A stretch of 64,000 nucleotides of DNA from Neoechinorhynchus agilis (GCA_051530055.1 CM121342.1:1398797-1462796); one strand, 5' to 3'; counted from the first letter of the stretch, positions 12,741-25,243 are shown. Numbers and translations: made by a program. The notes: generated from the sequence alone by a model not told the origin.

Positions 12741-13299
12741 TTGTTTCAATTAATAAATGGGTAATGTTCTCTAATTACAAGACAGGAGATTACGATAGAA
12801 ACCCTAATCAGAACAAAAACGATATACTTATGGAATGCTGCTTCATTTCCCAGCCGCATGATCAAGTTTTGTTTTTTAATGGAAACTTTGGCTGACGTTT
12901 GTAATAATAGCGACGAAGAAAATCTTTTTATCCGAGCTCTCACCGTTTTACGGATTTCTCAAGAATTAAGTGTCCATATAAACATTTTTAAATCTCAATT
13001 TTTCACATAGTAAACAAGCGATAAATCTCATATATATGAAACAATTTTACACAAACTACATTTTCCACCACTCTCTATGCGATACTAACGTTTTTATAGC
13101 ACGAAATTCGAACACTTTTATTAGTTGGATAGTTATTATTATACTTGCCTGCTTGAAATGTACAATTAAACGAACCAAGGAAAATAAAAAAAGCCAAATG
13201 AGATTCACAAAACTTTCTAAGGAGTTAAAATCATACTTTAAAAATGTTTCAATATAATAATAACACGTATTATTGTTCAAAGTAAATTAATCGTGTACA

Positions 13300-14900
13300 T
13301 CTGGGACCTCGTGAACACTTGAACTATATAATAGGTTCTTTTAATGTGGGTTTTCAATTTTGGAGTGGATTACGGGCCCCGTCGGGTGGGAATTGGTGGT
13401 TGTTGTTTGTCGGAGAATATGTGAGGTTGGGTTTTTACTCCTATTCATTTCGGGTTATGATATCCGAGAAGATTGGATATCATAACCCGAAATGAATAGG
13501 AGAAAAAACCCAACCTTTTCATTTCGGGTTATGATATCCGAGAAGATTGGGCAGTATGAAAAAAGGAGCGGAGGTAGAGGGAGCTAGATGGAGGTGCGAG
13601 GTTGCTCGTGTGAAAAGGGGAATAAAATGTCGTGGTAAGGTTCAGAGGCGTCTTGTTTGTTGAACGTTTTATAAGAATATTCGGTGAGAGGGGGAAAGTC
13701 ATCTGTGCAAATTTTAGATGCTCTTTTATGAAATATTTCAAGACGACAGGTTTGTGAGTTGGAAAGGTTGCAAAAGACGGGATAACCGTAGGTGATGAAA
13801 GGTAAAATAAAACTGAAGTTAAATTTGTAGAGATCGAGTGAAGGGATTCTTAAATGTCGGAAGCACTTTGGAGGTAGATTTTAAAGTCTCATTTAAGATT
13901 TGATTGAAATTGGAGACCCAGAATTCTGAGGGAGGAGAATCGTTGGATGTCATTTGAAAAATAAGTGTAGGATATGGGGTTTCGGGATAATGAAGAGACA
14001 ATCTCGAAGCATTTAGAGAAATTCAGGTGGAGTCCGTGACGGATGGAATGGTAATTGATTGATGAAGGTGAGATCGTCGGCATATAAGAAATGTTTAGAG
14101 TGAGACAGGGATTTGAGGATTGGGGATGTAGATCGACAGGGAATTTATTGTTAACGATTGTGGGAAATAAGATTAAAGCTAGCGGATCTGTCACAAGTTA
14201 AGACCAAAGTCGGAGCAGGCTCGGAGAAGGAGTGAATGGTCTACGGGGTCGAATGCTTTCGATAAATCAAGTTGAATGAGACGGGTGACGTGGGAATGAT
14301 TATTGTCAAGGTTACGTAGGAGCGTGTCATAAATGCAAAGTAGGGCATCGGTTGCAGAAAATGTAGGTCGGAAGCCGAATGAAAGGGTCGCTGAGTTCGG
14401 GAATGATGTAGCGAAGAACCCAGTTTTAGATTTCGGGTTGAGAGGACGAATTTCGAGGTAATTTCTTGAAGTGCTGTAGTACTTTATGTGACGAAGCTAA
14501 GGGGAGTATCGGCGAGTTGACAGAAGTGTCAGTTATTGGAATGATAGTTTTGTGTGAAGTCTAAGACAGGACAACGGTTGTAAATTGAGTCAGGGCAAAG
14601 GTTCTGATTGATGGAATCTAGAGCCTGTTTTAATTCAGAAGGAGGCAAATTTGATACGGGATCAGGGTTGCGTAGACCAAGAAAGTCCATGAGGGCCCAT
14701 TTTTGAAGAAAACAAGTAGTTGGACTGGAGGGAGTAATAAGGGTGTAAGAGTGGCCAGAGTTCGCGGGAGCCGGAGTTTAGAGGTGGATGAGTAGGCGCC
14801 GATATTTGTGAACACTTTGTAGAAATGAGCAACAAAACGATTAGGGAAGCCAATAAGTTGGAAATCGTTTATTGAAGTCCCCTGGAATTAAGAGATGGTG
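13300..14900 (-). mobile_element. CR1/L2-like LINE ORF2 (RT and C-terminus), decayed
   Basis: Clear nucleotide similarity to 59395-60720 (e.g. ccgagcctgctccga.tttggtct). LRILGLQFQSNLK and LYLRSFF motifs are present. Confidence 0.75.
13424..13516. repeat. Near-perfect inverted repeat, 42-bp arms, 9-nt spacer
   Basis: 13424-13465 is the reverse complement of 13475-13516 with one mismatch. Confidence 0.95.
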
Positions 14901-15204
14901 TTATCGTCTTTGTTATAACGACCAAATTGAAATTGACACTTAATGTGTAAATTCAGTTAGAATAACGACTAGTTCTCTCTCTTGAGCAGCAAATCAAGAA
15001 GTTTCTCATCTACATTTTAAATTCTGGGTATTCATTTGATGCGAAAAGGAATGCTACCGAAGGGCTAACCATACTCTTTATTGAACAATCCGATCAAAAT
15101 TTTAAAAAACAAAGGCGAAAAATGTAATTTATTTTTAGTGAGAAATAGCCTGCATACGCAAAGCTGGGGAAATGCGGCATGCACAGTTTCCGTCCATCAA
15201 GAGT

Positions 15205-17464
15205 TCAATCATATAGAATGATTGCAACAATGAGCGCTAAGACCACGAAGAGTGTGACGATAACATAGAAGCCAAGACAAAAAGGTTTCCATTGATATCC
15301 AGGCGGCGGTCGTCTTCTACGATATTCCGGATCACTTGACGGTGAGTTCCTCCACGAACCAGATCTGCTGCTACGGTATCCACCCTTATGTCTATAATGC
15401 GCTTGGTCTTGCGGAATCTCTTCGAATCCTAAGTGAAATATGAACAACAAACTCTCCATATAAAACACTTACTTTCATAGCTTTTCCTGTATGTCATACA
15501 ATAATGAATTTCCAGAATAAGATCAGTAAGGATGTGGAATATGCACCAGGCGAGTAGAAGCCATGAACACCAGTCCCAGAGATCCATTCGTGGCTGGTCC
15601 ATTCCAAGAAATATTACCGGTACTTCATTATTTGACCATTTAGATGAGGAAAAAGAGAATTAAACTTACTTGCAAGGCAATGAGCGAGACTTGAGACAAT
15701 CCAATGAACCCAGAACCACAAACAATATCCTTTTCCATTATGCCGTGGGACGCAAAAGGACATTGCAACCTATTTGGACAACAAATTTGCTTTTTTGTAA
15801 ATGACAAGAAAAAATATAGCTCACATTTACAACAGCCAAGCAAATGACGACAATTCCAAGAATACTATGCCATAGATATCGTGGGATCCCGGGCCATGTC
15901 CAATTAAGTTCAAAAAGTATAAAAACAAGTGCAATGACGGATAAAACGGCTACAGAAAGTATAAGTGGCTGATACACGGATATCCAAAAGTATTTTCCTT
16001 GTCGCTCGACACCACCAGGAGCGGTTATCCACATTGGTCGATAATACCGCGATGTAAGCATTGCGATTGAAGCCAACAGAACCCATGCAATTATCATAAG
16101 CGAGCCATGAACTTTGGCAAGCCAACTTCCTGTTCGTCCGGATCTAAATCGTGGGTCATTCGCTTCTTTGTTGAAATCAACACGGCGATCCGTAACGTAA
16201 GGATGTGCTGGATGAACAAGGTTAGGCATTCCATTGACCATGTTCGCCGCAGAGCCAAAAGTTGCGAGAATGTAATGGGGTTTATGGAGATCTTTTATCT
16301 CACGGTGGTGACCGTCTGGTGGAGACTTTTTCCGAGAAAAAGCGCAAGTTATATGGTCTCGAGTATAAACGGCTGAATGGCGATTTTTGTCGATTCCTAA
16401 TAAAGGATCTTCTACTGAGATCAACCCTGGAGTCTCGTCTCCGGCTTTAAGATAAGTGTTCATCAGACGCGCTTGAGCTCCAGAACTTGACCGTACTGGG
16501 GATTGAGTACAAATTATAAATTGATCGTTTCCAACTTCATTGTCCTCGGAGAATCCAACACCTACCCATCCATCGGTATGGGCGCTTAGTTCATAATGCA
16601 CACTGTCACCGATCGTAGCCCAAGTTAGAACGTATTGACAATCACGGGATTTACAATTGGCAGGAACGAGGTAGCATCCTTTACTCGTTCCGCATTCTTC
16701 TACCAAATTTATCGGTTTATTAATGGCTGGAAAAATTTTACCTGGCAAATTTTTGGTCGCTACCTACTCAAATGGTAGCAGTTGTTCTACAAAAAACCCA
16801 TCATGTGATGTGGATTTCAAATACAATCTCAAAAGTAACCTGTTTCTCAATAGTCAGAAAACACGAGATCTATATGAAATCCAAAGTAACCGATAAATCG
16901 CTCTAATGACACAGTAGACAGTATGTTAGTTCTTGGCTGAAGACGAATAGGACGGACGTTATACGCCCGGCGATCTCTCTCGGTGACAACGACAGCTCTA
17001 ATAGTTATTGGTCCTTGAGTAGAACTTCCTGGTGTCCAAACTGCGATAGGAATTTCATGAGAAGGCCATTCTTCGACTACAAAAACATTTCCTGATCCTC
17101 CACAATTCGCAACACGCCATTTGCTTCCATCCGATAGACGAGCTGACCATTGTCCAACAAGATTATCATTGCGATCGAAAGCGCTCATCAAGAAAGCGTT
17201 GATTTGCTCACTTACTTCATTGGACATAGTAACGGAAACGAGTTTCTGTTCGCCTGGAGAGTATCCTGGATCGGATACAAGCACTTGAAACCGTCCAGAC
17301 TCGTCCCCAATTGGCACCGTAGCTCTTGTATTTTCATCTCGTATTAGGGGATTCTGTGAAGAACACTCCTTCTCAAATCGGATCCCGGTACATAAAGAGT
17401 TTGAGAATAACAGCAACAGTGAAATCTTTAATATTATGGAAGCCAGCGACTGCGGCGAATACAT
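15205..17464 (-). CDS. FRRS1: Reeler-DOMON-cytochrome b561 protein (ferric-chelate reductase 1-like), about 660 aa; exons 17464-16891, 16759-15825, 15769-15670, 15622-15473, 15428-15205
   Basis: Signal peptide, reeler-like region (FLMSAFD..GQW), CGTSKGC..P..C before the DOMON (GWVGVGFS), b561 helices KVHGSLMIIAW, WHSILG, FWVHW, LAIPVIFLGMD, and a C-terminal TM. All four introns (131, 55, 47, 44 nt) are GT-AG and phase-compatible. Confidence 0.88.
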
Positions 17465-17518
17465 ACTACAGATGAGATATTTGGCCCAAATATGACAGAT
17501 GAGAAAGTTTCTCTCTCT

Positions 17519-18373
17519 CTAGAAAGAAGATAAAAGGTCGATGACCTTCAGGTTATGTGTGTGGAAGGGAGACGACGACCCAAACGCACTCATTGCATCA
17601 ATCAAACGCTCATAATGAACAAGTTCATCGGTTAAAGTCTCAATATATCTTAGGCGACATCTTCCATCAACAAGAGTCCTTTCATCCATTCGCACCTCAA
17701 ACGTCGTACCGACTCCAAAAGCCATTGAACTCGGTCCTCGCCAACAATTTAAATCTCTCTTACCTGCTTTAAAGATAATATTATCTTTAAGGCTTTTGAG
17801 TTCATCTGACGAATGAATGACACAAAAGCGGAATGGAGCGATTCTATGATGTAAATGGAGACGGTCCTGATCGAATGCATCTTGAAGAAATATATCGAGA
17901 ACTTGATCTACATTAAGCGTGGCTACAAATCGAGATTCATTAGTGTCAAAGCTCTCCAGGAGCGCAGCCTCCGATTGCGGTGAATCGTAAAAGACTCCTT
18001 TTGTGCTCTGAACAGCTCGCTCGTGATACCGAAGCAATTTACGCCACCATCGGAAACGAGAATGTCTCCAAAAAACGTCGTCGTTGCTAGGAGCATTTAG
18101 GGTTAGGTGACAATGCATAGGAAGAGGAGACGTTATAACAATCGCTTCCTTTTTGCCTTCTCGTTTTGCTGATGATGACAGCAATTTGTCAAACTGTTTA
18201 AAGTGCTCACTAAAGGCAATGTCAGGAGACAGAAGTTGGCAACCTCGTCGCAAACATAGCGATCGAATGTATTCTTGTTCAATGTTGCGTTTAATGAGCG
18301 CACCGATTGGACCTAGGCGCAGAGCAGACTTTATACCGTGTTCGAGTAAATGAGCTTGAAGTCGACTAGACAT
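17519..18373 (-). CDS. POLG2: Mitochondrial DNA polymerase gamma accessory subunit-like, 284 aa, intronless
   Basis: LGPIGALIKRNI (cf. GPLGVELRKNL), FWRHSRFRWWRKL (cf. FWLRHRLQWWRKF) and LHLHHRIAPFRF (cf. LKLHPCLAPIKV), in the expected order. Confidence 0.75.
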   Translation of the reverse strand: MSSRLQAHLLEHGIKSALRLGPIGALIKRNIEQEYIRSLCLRRGCQLLSPDIAFSEHFKQFDKLLSSSAKREGKKEAIVITSPLPMHCHLTLNAPSNDDVFWRHSRFRWWRKLLRYHERAVQSTKGVFYDSPQSEAALLESFDTNESRFVATLNVDQVLDIFLQDAFDQDRLHLHHRIAPFRFCVIHSSDELKSLKDNIIFKAGKRDLNCWRGPSSMAFGVGTTFEVRMDERTLVDGRCRLRYIETLTDELVHYERLIDAMSAFGSSSPFHTHNLKVIDLLSSF

Positions 18374-21287
18374 TGTCTAAAAGGAGTTCAAAAGGAAATT
18401 TTATATTTGCTCGCAAACTGTTAAAAGTCTCCATTATAACGACAACTGAATATAACCACAAAAATGTCTTAGAAAATCCAGTTGAAAAGATTTTCCAAGG
18501 TGGTACAGGCGTAAAATATTACTCAAGTCGCTTTTTAGACAAATCGTTTTCGCATACTTTGTCAAAACTAATTTACGTAATTTGATCATTTCAAAAATAA
18601 CTTTATTATGAGGAAACAAAATTGTTTCTCAGCCAATTTACAAGAAATAATTTTATTTTTCACCACCCGAAGCACCTAAAACATATAAGAGAACTTTTTA
18701 TGACTCACTTCAAGAAAAATGTTTGAATCAGTTAAAAAATACAAACATAAGGATTTACGTATTAAAAAATATTTATGTCTTGGATTATGGTATTCGGGGG
18801 AATAGATACTTTCTTTTTCTTAGTTTTGTTACCCCGGATTCAAATTAACTAACTTATTTCCCCGATAGTTCTCGTTGGACAATTCCAACATTTCCCCGAG
18901 GTTTGTAATTGTGGTTAGATTTATTTACAATGACAAACTTCGGGAAAATGTAAGAATTATCCGATGTGAAATATCAGGCAAATAAATCATCAATGAATTT
19001 AAATCCTGGGCTGCAAAACTATTAAAAGAAAGTAATAATATAAAGTAGGATTTTCCAAGTGGGATTGAATTTTCCAATTAAATTGAACGTAATATTGCTA
19101 TACTGAAAAATAAACCGGTAATAGGAAAAGATCGTTATTGAGCATAGTCGGAACATTGACACCAATAAGCATTATGCAGGATTATAAAGATTTATTGAAA
19201 TCAGACGTTTTTTTGCTACTTTCAATAACATTTCCAACTTAGTCCCAATTAAAAGCTTCTTAGCGAATTATAACGAACATTATAAACATAATGAAGCGAT
19301 TGATCCTAGAAAGTGTTGATTGCGAAGGACAAACCTGAAAAAGATTTTTAAATAAAATCTGAATACCTAGTTGACCGCATCTTGTCTATGGCAAGTAGAC
19401 ATCTATAGAGCATTTCATTTAGGCAAAAGCTGCTAAGAAGCATTATTGCTGGCCCCCTGAGGTACCAACAAATAGAACAAATCCTTTAGGATGAATTAGG
19501 GACAGTGATTATGGAGAAATCATAAAGATACTGCCAACTCCAAGCTGTCAAAACGAAAAGAAGTTAAAATGGAATCGTCTAAGTTTATTATCAACAAATT
19601 CTGTTTTAGTTTGCGGCTTAAAGTTAAAAAAGTTCAAAATTTAGATATAATAAGTTGAATTCCTTAAATCAAGATTTCGCAAGGAGTAACTGGCACGGAA
19701 ATAAGTTTAACACGCGTGAATTATCATTTAAGAAAGTCTTAAAGACCACGTTTCCTTTGCGCCACTTTCGGGTTTGCTACTCGTTGATTGTGGCGACAGC
19801 GATGCTGGATTATTACCACATAAATGATCAACGTTGTGACCAGTAGAAAAACTTTTCTGACACTAATGGAAAACCTCATACCGATCAGATTAGGACGCAG
19901 GAGGTACTTTATTAATGGCATTTCTTGGATAATTCCTTAAATGTAAGCACATTATATCATCATTTGCAGGTATTTTGTAACTTGCAACAAATTTAAAACA
20001 AAAATCTTATAGACAATGTGCAACCGCTCTTTTGAGATTTGCATATTCAAAAATACCGAAATATAAAAACACTTCTAATACCGATTAGCGAACAAAGATT
20101 ATTCGCAATCGTCTTTCAAACTCCAGACATAATTTTCCAAAACTAGGTAGTTTAATTGTTCAATTTGAATGTAAATCTATCTGAGCTTCGTTCTAATTTT
20201 AGCCAATAAAATGCAGTCTTCATGTTAAAACTCTTCAGAGAAAGATTAAATATCCATTAGGATAAAGCACCTATAGAGACCAATTTGTGATTAATTTTAA
20301 ACTAGCCACGCATCTAAGCCGCTAGTTCAATAGTCCAATTAAACTTAAAATCCACTTCAGGCTTAACTTTATCTACCTGAGATTAAGACAACTAGATTCA
20401 TGGTATGAATCTTCAAATTATTTGAGACAGCACATGAAATACTTAAAAGGCTTAAACACTTATAAAAACCGATTTGTAAATATTACCTTTAAAAATACCT
20501 TTTAGCAATAATCTTAAAGAACCGCCGCCATTATATCTTGACTGTTATCGCATTCAGGTGCTTATCATTGTTGTGCCACGAGATGATTACCATCCAGTAA
20601 GAAACGTAATATCCATCTTTCCCTTATTTTCGCCCTTTATACCTTGTTTTTGGCATCAGCATTTTTCAATTATCTGATCGCGAATCGCAAAATACCTCAC
20701 CATAGAATTTGCTCTTCTTCATGATGACTCTTTATTCTAATGAACATCTAAGATCTTTAGTGATAGACTCATTGATTTAGGTGTGTCATCTTATTATCTT
20801 CTATTGTCTAACATCCGTTAAGTAAACATTAACACTTTTGAGTGGAACTGTAAACGAGAATTTGAACATTAGTAAATCGATCATTGGATTAAATTCACGT
20901 CTTCGTGTTGTGAAATTATATTTGTATCTAAAAGACGTCGATTTAAATTTTGAAGCTACCAAGATTTTCTATGTAGTCAAATACAAAACATTGCTACCGA
21001 TGCGTTCGACCCACTTAATTTCCATAGCAAAAAACTTTTGCTTATTTAGATAGAAATAATGTTGACGTGGTATTTCAAAATATTTGACTTTGAAATGATT
21101 TCGCCACGTTTTTGAGCTATAAGCCGATTTTGAAAATGAAATCAACCAACGATCTAGAATTACTTTCCAAGAACAATTTTTAGTAAGATAATGAACTAAA
21201 GAAGCATTATCACTGCTGTAGAGAAATTATTCCTGTTCATACAAATAAGAACTTTTTCCTTTTAAAAGAATATTAATTTCCCACAAA

Positions 21288-21550
21288 AGAAAAGAAATGT
21301 GGACATCAGAGAGCTGTTCGGCACTTGCCGCTGTTCAGAGTTGATCGCCCATAGAAGGTTGCGCTGGCACGATAAAGTTTCGAAGTGCGAAGCATATCAC
21401 ATACTGCGCAGCACGGAGACTGGAAATAACGGGAAATCGCCGACGAGGAAGGCCGAGGAAACGACGGGTGGATTGCATCAAACAGGATAAATTGGTTGTT
21501 GGTGGGACCGCAACCTCTCGAGGAGAGAAAAATGCGTGAGTGAGACGAAG
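21288..21550 (+). mobile_element. Short 5'-truncated RTE LINE 3' end with 16-bp target-site duplication
   Basis: attaatttcccacaaa occurs at 21272-21287 and 21551-21566. The insert encodes RRLRWH..V and a degenerate GKRPRGRP region. Confidence 0.8.
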
Positions 21551-23121
21551 ATTAATTTCCCACAAATCCAAATTCTATAAGAAAGCGTAAAATAGCGAAA
21601 TGTTAATTCATCTGAGAAGCTTAAACCTGTTTTTTGGTGCTATAAAGCACGCCATATCCCAAGTATTAATATTGATGACTTGGATTAAATTGATTAAAAT
21701 CGAGCTCTTGATTCAAACCGAGATTGTAGAGATAATTTGATGGCAGCGACTGCGACTTAGGAAAAATATACTTTTATGAACTATTTTTTCGATTTATTTA
21801 AAGAAAACAATTTAAAGCTGATGTTATAAAAATATACGAAATCATGTTTACTAAATTCAAAAAGAAAAATGTGAAGTTTGTATATTGTGCCAAGTAGGAG
21901 TTTTAATGATCGCGAGTTTGATTATTTCCGAGACTATCTCTTAAAGAAATAAAAAATGAGCATAGCCTTGGGAGATATGAGTTTGATGTGAAAAACTACA
22001 AGCATTATTGAATATTTAATTTTAAATGACTCAGCTGCTAAGGAGTCAGGTGATTAAAAGCGGTGTGTTATGTGGAAATATATGAACGCTACGGGGACGA
22101 GTAGATCGGGAACAATTGAGAATGCTGGTAATGTGATCTTGTAAAAGGAGCTTTAGCGAATGTGGGTGCATAAAGCTCTCATTGCTGCCGAGAATGCATT
22201 CTGGAATTGCACCAATCGACGATAATGGATACATCTGGGAGACGGAAAATCAAGGGATTTGCTTGGTAGCAACGGGTTGTAGTCCACATATGTATAGGAC
22301 AGAATTCTCCAAAGGTATCATCTTCCAATCAAAAGTAATTAAATCAAAAGGTCCAGAGGTGTGGATGGTTATATGAGCATAAGTAGACAACATAAGGATC
22401 CTCTATTAGGCCGAAATCGATATAACTAAGGCACTATCCCGAAAATTGGTTTCGGATTTTGAGGTTTGTTATTTAAAGAAAAGCAAATAATAGACAACAG
22501 GGATTAAAAAATTCTTTATAATCATCCTTAAGCAATAAATCGCGAATCGTCGAGAGAAAATTGTGGTGATTCGGAATTATAATCATCACAAGTCCGAATA
22601 TTGAATATTAGAAATGCGGATTTTTGCTACATTGTACCTCAATGAAATCTATAGCCTTATTTCCTAATCTGTTTAATTTTCATGGATTTGCTAAAGAAAT
22701 CATTACAAAGATGATAGACTTTAGACAGATTTTTAAACTGACTGTTTAAGAAGCGACAAAGGAAAACTTTATTATTTAGGCGAGGAAGCTTGAGACGATC
22801 AAATTACTCGAAAATTAGCAATTTTTATTCTACAGGACCAATATTTGTTTTTTTGCCTGGTCAAACCAGGAATTAAAAAATTACTTCAAGTCTTCGAGGA
22901 AAAAGACTTATTAAACTGAGAAATACAACAAAAAATGTCCAACCTTAAGTTTGTATTTAAGAAGTCTAGACATTCGTTTAAAAATTGCGGTAACGATCTC
23001 CCTGCTAGCTGACTCACGACACTTTTATTTTACCCGATTTTTCTTAAGGCTACATTAAAGATGCAATCGCCTAATGAACATCAAAGTATGTGATATCTTA
23101 GGAGCCCTAAAACCGACAAAC

Positions 23122-24611
23122 CTTAGCCAGAGCCGCCTTGGTAACGCCATCGAAATCGATTTCACTCATAGTGCTTTCATCTTTATTGATAGAAGTGCTA
23201 TCCGGTGCTAGAGGTGAGTTTGTTGCCAAGTTCTTTTGAACCTTTAACATAAATGGCTGTTTGAAAACGACGTGAAAGTGAATCATGAGCGCACAGTGCA
23301 GACCTGTTTGCATTCCAACAATTTGGATGAGATCTGTTCAGCAGCGTGCTTTTGAATTACATCACCCAGAAACCGTACTGCCGCTCGGTCATCGGCTTCC
23401 CGACTCGAACTTATGGATTTGATGGCAATAACAATCATTAATTTAAGAAAAATCCTTACCAAATATGCTTAATTCTTGAATGAGTTGTTCTCTTCATCGG
23501 GAAGGCTGAGAGAGTCGTTGATCGGTGGAATCGCGGTAACAAAAATATTCGCTCATTATCGTTTGGCTCTTCGTTTGTGCAATCTACTTGAACGGCTCTA
23601 TCGGCCGACCGTGATCGGATTATCTAAACAGATTTCAAAGTAAAGCATTAGGAAGGTTCTGGTCGCGCTAAAAGCTACCAAACGATATTTCTAAACACGA
23701 CCAAGTTTTCTAAAAAAAGTTGTCAACCATTTAGAATAGCGTACGGGATTCCGCAACACATTTTTATCACTACAAAACTCAGGGGAGTCATAAATAATGC
23801 CAAAAGTCCGCTAAGTAGCGATTAAATGGTAGAAATGTGCGGGCGCAGGAATAATTGATGAAGAAGCTCGTTTTTCTCAAGAAAACTTTGGACCTAATCT
23901 TTTGAGTGAAACCTTTTACGCAATAGGATCAATCGATTTTAGTATATCCAAAATGGGCGATCAATAGTTCGCCATAAGCGAATATGGAACTTTGGGAATC
24001 GTACAAATTTCGATACAAATGGTATTGTGCTAAGAGCGATAAAGTGGAAAACTCTTTTATAAACATTGTTAAATTAATAGGATCGTTATTTTTGTTGATC
24101 CTTTTTAAAAAGAACAAACCTTATTGCCAACACTCAAGTTGGACTCACTTCCTGCAGCGATGAACGATGATATTTCACTAGGAATATGGAGTGGTGGAGG
24201 AATAAGAGACTTGCTTCGACCTTGACAGCCTAAGGTAGTTCCAACGACCTGCGACGAAGCAGGTGAGCTATTGTTCGACATACTTAGTAGCGAGGAAGTT
24301 GAAGACGATGACCACACATTCGGTGAAGAATAAAGGGAGCAACCACTTGTCGATGAATCACTAAGAGCCGGAGAATTGTCTCTCGATGCGAGACTAGTTG
24401 TAGTCGTTGATGACCTACGGCGTTTATGCCGAATGCGAGGCGGTTGAAGGATACTTTGACTCAAAAACTGTCCGGTGGATCCATCGCAAGAAATTCGGCT
24501 ACCCTCAAATCCGCTGTTTGGTCCAAAATACTTTTCTCTGGATCCTATTACCTTAGGAAGTTCATTTATTGCAACGTAGACATCTTTATAAAAACCCGCT
24601 AAGATATCCAC
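23122..24611 (-). CDS. Partial multi-exon gene of unknown identity (Ser-rich exon ending 24120; exons 23623-23460, 23409-23304, 23256-23122)
   Basis: Four consecutive exons join in frame through canonical GT-AG introns (496, 50, 47 nt). The 5' and 3' exons are unresolved, with candidates near 26040-25885 and 22234-22046. Confidence 0.6.
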
Positions 24612-25099
24612 GTTTGCTTAAAGGATCATAAGGCGGTGCAGATGGGAAGGAAGCTAGAATTGGAGTGCTTGGACAAACACTGATTATTGGAACCACTGAA
24701 GATGTTATTATCGGTGGAGGTGACTTGTCTTCTTCGTACATTTCCCCACAAACACAAGGGGCACAAAATTACTCCGCTTGCATTGATAGCAACCGACTTT
24801 TCCTTCCCATACTCTGCATGTTGTAATCATTTCGCATTCGGTACGGTGTGGCGCAACCACAGACGCTACCGAGAGATCCTACTACTCCGCACGCTGCCAC
24901 ACGTTGCTGCCATGCAGAATAGAACGTAGAGAAAACCAACTCAATTTTGTTCTATTGTTAATATTTTACAAAAAGGAAAACAGACAGTTGTTCGTTCACA
25001 TCTTTTTAATAATATTCAGAGACATCTAAAATTTTCATTTTTTATTCAGTATCAGAAACTACTGTAAAGAAGTTCATTTCTTTGGTAATTATTAAAATA

Positions 25100-25243
25100 G
25101 AGACTGATTTATTAATTAAAAAATATTTCGTCAGTCTCGTAGGTTTCTTGTAACACGAACTCACATATTTAAAAAGTTATAAGCAATTATTGATAAAGTC
25201 CGACGAGACGGACGAAATATTTTTAAATTAGTAAATCAGTCTC
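25100..25243. repeat. MITE-like foldback, about 41-bp imperfect terminal inverted repeats
   Basis: 25100-25140 is the reverse complement of 25203-25243 with about 3 mismatches. Confidence 0.75.

Noticed and set aside
19900-20700. Possible very old minus-strand RT remnant (DCILLA, YFGI-like traces)
   Set aside because: Too decayed to support by eye.
22836-22915. GPIFVFLPGQ resembling DEAH helicase motif IV
   Set aside because: Isolated, needs a frameshift, and no other helicase motifs are nearby.
23304-23409. Resemblance of RAAVRFL...KLLECKQPF to KCNQ channel helix B
   Set aside because: Spacing differs, the following DVIEQYS.GH motif is absent and no TM exons were found.
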